64,000 nt of DNA. Origin: Squalus acanthias (Eukaryota). The stretch lies in the NCBI GenBank assembly GCA_030390025.1, contig CM059443.1, forward strand, positions 50,344,001 through 50,408,000, read 5' to 3'. Of the stretch, positions 55,539 to 64,000 are shown in pieces. The notes beneath the pieces were generated by a model. It saw only the letters and a list, made by a program, of their open reading frames with translations. It made no database searches and was not told the DNA's origin. Position 1 is the first letter of the stretch, and every line of letters starts with the position of its first letter. The translations under genes and the position numbers were made by a program.

Positions 55539-58500
55539 CCTTGGCAGCTTGCCGTTTCCTTCGGATTATGCAAAGTGCCCCATCAATGCAAACTAGCACA
55601 ACCAAGTACAGAACCAAAACACACATACGTATGTCACTGCAGCTGGTGTAAGGACCTGCAGAGGAGAAGCAACATTAAGTTCAGTCTGTGCAATCCCGTG
55701 TTATATGTACAGCTGATCACACTGGTTACCTGGGCTGAGGAACAGACATTTCCGGTTAGAATCTGGAATAGTCCAATGGCGAAGGAAGTAAATCAAAGCA
55801 ACTTATAACGGCTACAAACTGTACAACTGATCTGGAATCTCTCAGTTTGAATTATTGATATTAAAAGATTCACATCATATTCTAGATTGTATCACTTACT
55901 TTGAGTATTTGTACGAGTTAAGCTGCTGGTCACTGAGGAGATTCCAGATGTTGAGGTGGGGGTGTCTGAAGTCTCTGCACTCGCCTCTGTCACAGTAAGG
56001 GAGATGTTTGCTGCAATCTTCCAGACAGGTTTCCCTGAATCCTGACAGTGGACAGCACAGAGATACCTCCCAGTGTCCACCACATCCGCTGAGTGAATAG
56101 TAAGGTTGTGAGACTGGCGTCTAGCAGTAGGATTGTCTGAGCTTTGGGCAGAGATTCTTTGTGACGACCTTCTGTCCACACAGCGTGTGTTAATTTTTGC
56201 CTCATAACCCTCAATGTGAACAGAGTGCAGACACTTGTTGACGTTTCCAGATCTGATCCAAAACAGAGTGAAGGCGAGGTTTTTTGTATTCTCAAACTGG
56301 CAGGGTAAAGCCACATTTGCTCCCTTTGACACTGTCAGCGACCAGGAGTTTTCTTCAGTAGAAAATATTTCATCTGAATCTATAAACAACATTGAAAAGA
56401 ACCTTTGTTACTAATTATTTAGAAGTGCTGTTCCCACATGTTATCCAGCTGTTTGATGTAAGTGTGAGTCTGACTGTAACTAGCTGTATTATCAGCAGTG
56501 GAGACAGCAGGCGTGGGCCAGGGCCAAATCCTTGTTTGGAATATTTGTCTGATTTTCCCACCGTTAGATTAAACATTCCCCAGCTAGAGGCAGATTGTGT
56601 AAGATCAGGAAACACTCGGGGACTGAGAGCAAGGAGCGAGAAGACAGGACAAATAATGAAAGATCGAACACACAAAGGCAAAAGACAGGGGCAGACACTA
56701 AAGGACAGAGACAAGGGGGGGAGACTTCAAACTCGCTTCTCTGTATCTCGATACCTGGGAATTTTATCCACCCCACCCCCCCCCCGCCCCGCCCAGATAT
56801 TTCCCCAATACCTCCCCTGATACCTCCCCCGATATTGCCCCAGTACACGTACCACTCTGGATTATCACAAAGAACAAGTCGTGGTTTTCACTTCCCTCTC
56901 CTGACAGTGTGAGCCAGGACGGACACTTCGATGATCCTCCTTCTGTGGAATCCTGAGCCGAGCAGGTAAATACCATCGAGTTAAACGTCTTCACATCGAA
57001 TGTCAGAGACTGAGACTCCGTTTGTTCTTCATTTAATTTGCATTTTCTACACTCTGGCTTACTCTGCCTGTTTGTCCAATTAGGACTGATATTTTCACAA
57101 AATTGCATTTCCTTCTCTTTATTCTCACATGTATTGTCAATTTCTGCTCCGAGATCAGTGAAGCTGCACAAGGTGACTTCATCCCCAGCACCAGTGGTCA
57201 CGTTGCACTGCAGAGTGGTGACATCTCCTGGTCCTCGGGAGAAGAGATAAGTGGATCCTGCAGGGAAAGGGCAGAATCGGATAGAGATAAATAACATTCC
57301 ACACAGGAAAGATCATTAAACACTCAATGTGACACAAGCCTCTCACAGTAAATGAGCCTAGATAGACCCCCACCACCCCCTTTACACATTGTGATAGACT
57401 GCCCTCCCATTACACAGTCTGAATCCAGTCCACACCACCCCCTCTCCCTGCCTCCATCACACAGGCCTGGACAGAGATCCCACCCCCACCATAACACATT
57501 CTGACCGAGACCTCACCCCCATCCCCATCATAGCCTGAATAGAGACCCCCCACCCTTTCACTGAGCCTGACTACAGTCATACATAGTACATAGGTTGAGG
57601 TTATTGGAAGTCAATCATCTCAGCTCCATGACATGGCTGCAGGAGTTCCTCAGGGCAGTGTCAAAGCCCAACCATCTTCAGCTGCTTCATCAATGACCTT
57701 CCCTCCATCATGAGGTGACACGTGGGACTGTTCACTGATGATTGCACAGTGTTCAGCTCCATTTCCAATTCCTCAGATAATGAAGCAGTCCGTGCCTGCA
57801 TGCAGCAAGACCTGGACAACATCCAGGCTTGGGCTGATAAGTGATAAGTAACAGTCACACCACATAATGACCATCTCCAACAAGAGAGAGCCTAACCACC
57901 TGCCCTTGACATTTGATGGCATTACCATCATCGACTCTCCCACCATTAACATCCCGGGGTCATCATTGACCAGAGACTTAGCTGCAACAACCACATAAAT
58001 ACTGTGGATACTAGGGCAGCTCAGAGGCTGGGTAGTCTGCGGCAAGTGGCTCACCTGACTCCCCAAAGCCTTTCCACCACCTATAAGGCACATGTCAGGA
58101 GAGTGATGAAATGCTCTCCACTTACGTGGATGAGTGCAGCTCCAAAAACACTCAGGAAACTCAACACCATCCAGGACAAAGCAGTCCACTTGATCGGCTC
58201 CCTATCCGTCCCCTTAAACATTCACTCCCTCCACCACTGGCGCACCATGGCTGCAGTGTGTACCATCTACATGATAGTACCTCGCCAAGGCTTTTACGGC
58301 AGTATCTCCCAAACCCCTGACCTTCACCACCTATAAGAACAAGGGCAGCAGGTGCTTGGGAACACCATCACCTCCAAGTTTCCTTAAAAGTCGCACAACA
58401 TTCTGATTTGGAAATATATTGCTGTTCCTTCATTGTTGCTGGGTCAAAATCCTAGAATTGGCTACCTAACAGCATTGTGGAGCACCTTCACCATTTGGAG

Positions 58501-60171
58501 TGCAGAAGAAAGGCCAAACCCAACTGACCTTCTCAATGGCAACTAGGGATTGGGCAATAAATGCCGGAATTGCCAGTGACACCCACATCCCGAAGAAAGA
58601 TAAAATAAATATGAAGTAATCATCCACTTAATGAGGGAACTTAATTTAAGACGTGGCATTGAATACTGGTTCCTAACTTTCAGGGAGATTATAATAACTG
58701 ATAATTGGTGTGAGGACATTAGTTAGTCCTGTAAAAGGAAAACTTCTGGGTAAATATTATCTTTTTAGTTGGGGTTTCTGTAGAAGGAGGGAATTAGCTG
58801 AAGTTGAATGGTGCAGACCAGAGAGATATTTATAATTGAAAGTATCACTTGATGGAGAGCAATTATATGTAACAAGAGCCGAATTATTTATAAGGTAATG
58901 AAGTAGAGTTATACCAATCTCATTAGCCGAATGGAAAAAGAGCTCGTTATTTAGGAAACCAGCAGTTAGGTAAAGTTATCGATAAGAACTCAGTTCAATT
59001 AGACTCTCCTTATATGGAGTTGTTTTTCAATGCAGAAATGTGCAAATTGTCACATAGTCGGAGTGAGGGGTAAGTACAAAAAGTGGCAGAGTGTAATCAG
59101 TATTTGGATTCGAAGGGGTTTGATTGGCCTAAAACACTGAACATTAACGCGTTTGAGTCGCCAGCCATCAGCTCTTGTAAGTTCTTGTGGTTCTTTGCCA
59201 GAATCAACTCACGGCCTCGCTCTCCCCACAGTGCTCCTGTCTCTTTCACAACTTCAAATGTTTATCCAATTCTCACTTAAATGATAGAATCATAGAATCA
59301 TAGAAAGTTACTGCACGGAAGCAGGCCATTTCGGCCCATCGTGTCTGCGCCGGCCAACAAAGAGCTATCCAGCCTAATCCCACTTCCCAGCTCTTGGTCC
59401 GTAGCCCTGCAGGTTACAGCATCCCAAGTGCACATCCAAGTACTTTTTAAATGTGGTTAGGCTTTCTGCCTCTACCACCCTTTCAGGCAGTGAGTTCCAG
59501 ACCCCCACAACCCTCTGGGTTAAGAAATTCCCATCAAATCCCCTCTAAACCTTCCACCAATGACTTCAAATCTGTGCCCCCTGGTTTTTGACCCCTCTGC
59601 TAAGGGAAATAGGTCCTTTTTGTCCACTTTATCTCGGCCCCTCATCATTTTATACACCTCAATAAGGTCTCCCCTCAGCCTCCTCTGTTCCAAGGAAAAC
59701 AAACCCAGCCTATCCAGTCTTTCCTCATAGCTAAGATTCTCTACTCCCGGCAACATCCTTGCAAATCTCCTCTGTACCCTTTCTAGTGCAATTATATCTT
59801 TCCTGTAATGTGGTGACCAGAACTGCACGCAGTACTCTAGCTGAGGCCTAACTAGTGTTTTATACAGTTGATAAGATCCAAAGCTCTCTGCCTCAACCAT
59901 TCGCTGTGGTAAAGCATTCTCTGCTCCAACAACATTTCTCCTAACGTCTCTCCTCACTGTCTTAGTGCCATTTTTAAACTGATGACCCATGATTAAACCG
60001 TGTTAAAATGCCACAGCAAGGACTGTGATGCGAGCACATTAAACATATTCACAAGAACACCACTGTTTTATATCCTTATCCTATGCTGAAGATTAACTGA
60101 AAGTATTAATCCTTACCTGTAACATGTTGGAACAGAAGGAAAAGACCCACAAACACAGCACCGAGCGCCAT
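55539..60171 (-). CDS. Ig-superfamily type I receptor copy B: complement(join(55539..55655,55900..56379,56853..57257,60117..60171)) = signal peptide, Ig1, V-set Ig2 plus stalk, charged TM
   Basis: All introns are phase 1 and GT-AG. Leader MALGAVFVGLFLLFQHVT. Ig2 has LPC..LFW..LTI..DTGRYLC. TM exon reads SPYTSCSDIRMCVLVLYLVVLVCIDGALCIIRRKRQAAK. An alternative in-frame acceptor exists at 56373. Confidence 0.85.
57595..58600 (+). mobile_element. LINE family 2 3' fragment, decayed
   Basis: gcaggagttcctcagggcagtg through the tail cccacatcccgaagaaa. Confidence 0.85.
59283..59875 (-). mobile_element. CR1 3' fragment
   Basis: ORF 59520..59990; (CATAGAAT)n tail. Confidence 0.9.
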
Positions 60172-60664
60172 TTCACATTCCTAGCTCGTTCTTTGCTCTT
60201 CAGAAGCTGGGTGGCTGTTTCACCATCACATTCTGATCTGTGAGATAAAGAGAGAAGTGTAACTTTTGATGATGGTGGAAGAGAAAAGCAGCTTCCTGTT
60301 TGATCAACTCAGATGATATGTGTGCACTGACATTGTATTAATGGGCCTGGGGACAGAGTTTGGGCTGTTCGTTCAACCCTCCAACCACAGAAGTGTCTGG
60401 AGAGGTGAGAGGCTCTGAAATACAAAGTGTACACTATGAGTGTGCCACTGTGCACCACAGTGATAGTGGGTAACACACTCGGCAGACATGTTAACAGCCC
60501 CCTGTTACAATGTAGATAATAACCATCTGGAGCACAAGAGCTTTTAGTCAACAGTAACATTGGGTCACTCCCACTCTCGGAGAGGATTAACATGGGGGAC
60601 AGTTTGGATGTTGGGTTACAAGATCACAACATCAATACAGATGAGAGTGTTAGCTCCTCCCCTA

Positions 60665-63372
60665 TCATGCTATAGAATGGTTACAGCACAGAAGGAGGCC
60701 ATTCGGCCTGTCGAGCCCGTGCCGGGTCTCTGCAAGAGCACTTCAGCTCGTCCCACTCCCCCGCCGTTTCCCCGTGGCCCTGCAATTGTTTTCCTTCAGG
60801 TACTTATCCAATTCCCTTTTGAAAGCCACGACTGAGTCTGCCTCCACCACCCTTTCAGGCAGTACGTTCCAGATCCTAACCACTCACTGCGTAAAAAAGT
60901 TTTTCCTTATGTCGCATTTGGTTCTTCTGCCAATGACCTTAAATCTGTGTCCTCTGGTTCTCGACCCTTCCACCAATGGGAACAGTTTCTCTCTATCTAC
61001 TCTGTCCAGACCCCTCATGATTTTGAATACCTCTATCAAATCTCCTCTCAACCTTCTCTGTTCTAAGGAGAACAATCCCAGCTTCTCCAGTCTATCCACG
61101 TAACTGAAGCCCCTCATCCTGGAACCATTCTCATGAATCTTTTCTGCACCCTCTCTAAGGCCGACACATCCTTCCTAAAGTGCGGTTCCCAGAATTGGAC
61201 ACAATACTCCAGTTGAGGCCGAACCAATGTTTTATACAGGTTCATCATAACTTCCTTGCTTTTGTACTCTATACCTCTATTTATAAAGCCTGTAAGCTTT
61301 TTTAACCACTTTCTCAACCTGCCCTGCCATCTTCAACGATTTGTGCACATATACCCCCAGGTCTCTCTGTTCATGCACGCCCTTTAGGATTGTACCCTAT
61401 ACTTTATGTTGCCTCTCCTCGTTCTTCCTACCAAAATATATCACTTCGCACTTTTCTGCGTTAAATTTCAAATGCCACGTGTCCACCTATTTCACCAGCC
61501 TATCTATGTATTTTTGAAGTCTTATCCCTATCCTCCTCACTGTTCGCTATACTTCCAAGTTTTGTGCAAATTTGAAATTGTGCCGTGTACACCCATGTCC
61601 AAGTCATTAATATATATCAAGAAAAGCAGAGGTGCTAGTACTGACCCCTGGGGAACACCACTGTATATCTTCCTCTCATCCGAAAAACAACCGTTCACCA
61701 CTACTCTCTGTTTCCTGTCACTTAGCCAATTTTGTATCCATGCTGCCACTGTCCCTTTTATTCCATGAGCTTCAACTTTGCTGGCAAGCCTACAATGTGG
61801 CACTTTATCAAACTCCTTTTGGACGTCTATGTTCACCACGTCAACCGCATTGCCCTCATCAACCCTTTCTGTTACCTCATCAAAAAACTCGATTAAGTTA
61901 GTTAAACATGATTTGCCTTTAAGAAATCCATGCTGCCTTTCCTTAATTACTCCACACTTGTCCAAGTGACTGTTCATTTTGTCCCTGATTATCGTTTCTA
62001 AAAGCTTCCCCACTACTGAAGTTAAACTGACTGGCCTGTAGTTGCTGGGTTTATCCTTACACCCTTTTTTGAACAAGGGTGTAACATTTGTAATTCTCCA
62101 GTCCTCTGGCACCACTCCTGTATCGAAGGAGGATTGGAAGATTATGGCCAGTACCTCCGCAATTTCCACCTTAACTTCCCTCAGCATCCTAGGATGCATC
62201 CCATCCGGTCCTGGTGACTTATCTACTTTAAATACAGCCAACCTTTCTAGTACCTCCTCTTTATCAATTTTTATCCCATCCAGTATCTCCACTACCTCCT
62301 CTTTCACTATGACTTTGGCAGCATCTTCTTCCTTGGTGAAGACAGATACAAAGTACACGATCAGTACCTCAGCCCTTTTATGAGCCAGGTCTCCAGTATC
62401 GCCATGACATCATATTCCCATGTGGCTATTTGCTTCCTGCAGCTCCCCAACCTTATTCACCAGGCTTCGTGCATTTACACACATGCACTGTAAACCTCTC
62501 TTAGACCTTCTTATATTCTCTCTTAGTCTGACACCACCTAATACCTTACTATTTCTTATCTAGTGCTACCTGTCTCTCCCAACCCTTTGTGCACTTTGTT
62601 TCTCCCTTCGAATGGAACATCCTGGTTCCCATCACCCTGCAAAATTAGTTCAAACCCTCCCCAACAGCACTAGCAACCTCTCCGCCCCACCCCGCGAGGA
62701 TATTGGTCTCGGCTCTTTTGAGGTGCAACCCGTCTGGCCTGTACAGGTCCCACCTCCCCCAGAACAGGTCCCAATGTCCCATGAATCTAAAGCCCTCCCT
62801 CCCACACCATTTCTCCAGCCATGCATTCATCTGCTCTATTCTCCTATTTCTATACTCAGTAGCTCATGGCACCGGGAGTAAGCCGGAGATTACTACCTTT
62901 GAGGTCATGCTTTTTAATCTCTTTCCTAGCTCCCTAAAATCTGCCTGCAAGGCCTCATCCCTCTTTCTACCTATGTCGTTGATACCGATATGCACCACGA
63001 CCTCTGGCTGCTCCCCCTCCCCCCTCAGAATGTTCTGCAGCCACTCAGTGACACCCTTGACCCTGGCAGCAGGGAGGCAACATACCATCCTGGAACCACA
63101 TCTGCAGGCGCAGAAACGCCAAGCCGTTCCGCCAACTATCGAATCCCCTACCACTATTGCCTCTGTACAGCTGAGCCACCCGTGGTGCTGTGGACTTGGC
63201 TCTGGCTGTACTCCCCAGAGGAACTACTGCCCTCACCAGTATACCAGTTAGAGAGTGAGATGCACTCAGGGGACTCCTGCACTACCTGCCTGGTCCTCCT
63301 TGTCTGTCTGACGGTCACCCATTCCCTCTCTGCCAGCACACTCCTACGCTGCGGCGTGACCACCTTCTGAAA
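60665..63372 (-). mobile_element. Decayed, internally deleted CR1 (ORF1 esterase and ORF2 remnants)
   Basis: VGDS/HIGIND/DGLHL at 62645-63363; RT ORFs at 60884-62358. Confidence 0.9.
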
Positions 63373-63674
63373 CGTGCTATCTTTCCAGGTCTGCGCTGTC
63401 CTCAGGCTCCGCTCTGTTTAAGTACTGTCGCCGGTCCTGCCGCTTATTTCCAGGATCTAACTGGGTCTTGAATAAATCGAAGGTCTCCCTCCCCACTTCC
63501 TTACCAGCAACAACAGTCCAAGTGGTGGTCAGTCTTTGTGTGAAGACATTCTTCACAATGTCTGTGTTCAAATTGATTTTCACCAGTTTTAGCTCAAACA
63601 CATTGTTCTGGTATCTTGACTTACTGTCAAGTAGCGTCTGGATTGCTGGATCCACAGGGTTCCATATTTTTTTT

Positions 63675-64000
63675 AACTCATTTTGCAGTATGTGGGCATC
63701 AAGGGCAATTGCGGAATTTATTGCCCATCCCTAGTTGCCCTTGAGATGGTGATAGGCCCTCTCCTTGAACTGCTGCTGTCAGTGTCGTGAGGTTGCTCCC
63801 ACAGTGTTGTTAGTTCAGGAGTTCCAAGATTTTGACCCAGCGACAATGAAGGAACTGCCGATTTATGTCCAAGTCAGGATGGTGTGTGACTTGGAGGGGA
63901 ACTTGGAGGTGGTGGTGTGTCATGCACCTGCTGCCCTTGTCCTTCTTAAGTGGGGGAGGTTGCGGGTTTGGGAGGTGCTGTCGAAGAAGCCTTGGTGAGT
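63675..64000 (-). mobile_element. LINE family 2 3' fragment (runs off the window)
   Basis: tttattgcccatccctagttgcccttgag tail. Confidence 0.85.

Noticed and set aside
55900-56379. Rearranging antigen-receptor V segment (IgNAR, IgH or TCR)
   Set aside because: The exon includes the G strand and stalk, no RSS follows the F-strand Cys, there is no W/FGxG J motif, and it splices directly to a TM exon with no C domains.

Overview
Vertebrate genomic DNA, most likely from a cartilaginous fish (inferred from the CR1, Penelope and Deu-domain SINE content). It is dominated by non-LTR retrotransposons. There are two host loci. (1) A complete, intact PSMA4 gene (20S proteasome alpha-4) on the + strand: a non-coding exon at about 1055-1131, then 8 coding exons from 5890 to 14861 giving 786 nt (261 aa). 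A 7 x 67-bp GC-rich minisatellite precedes it, and each unit carries a CTCF-like motif. (2) A tandemly duplicated immunoglobulin-superfamily receptor locus on the - strand (about 33.2-60.2 kb), reconstructed exon by exon from splice sites and intron phases. Copy B has a signal peptide, a Cys-rich atypical Ig domain, a V-set domain with stalk, a charged TM exon (YTxxxxIRM plus an intramembrane Asp), and has lost both tyrosine-encoding tail exons, so it looks activating-type. Copy A has a neutral TM and an intact 5-tyrosine tail (inhibitory/signalling-type) but has lost its promoter and most of its ectodomain. The phases allow the B ectodomain to splice onto the A TM and tail, so the locus could be a single-gene activating/inhibitory paired receptor. 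Also present: a full-length intact CR1 next to a 1.13-kb near-perfect local duplication, an open-frame Penelope element with TSD, several minimal hammerhead ribozyme motifs, a LINE family with a tRNA-like 5' head and its short derivative, SINEs and a hAT-type MITE. All gene models were read by eye; no database search was run.
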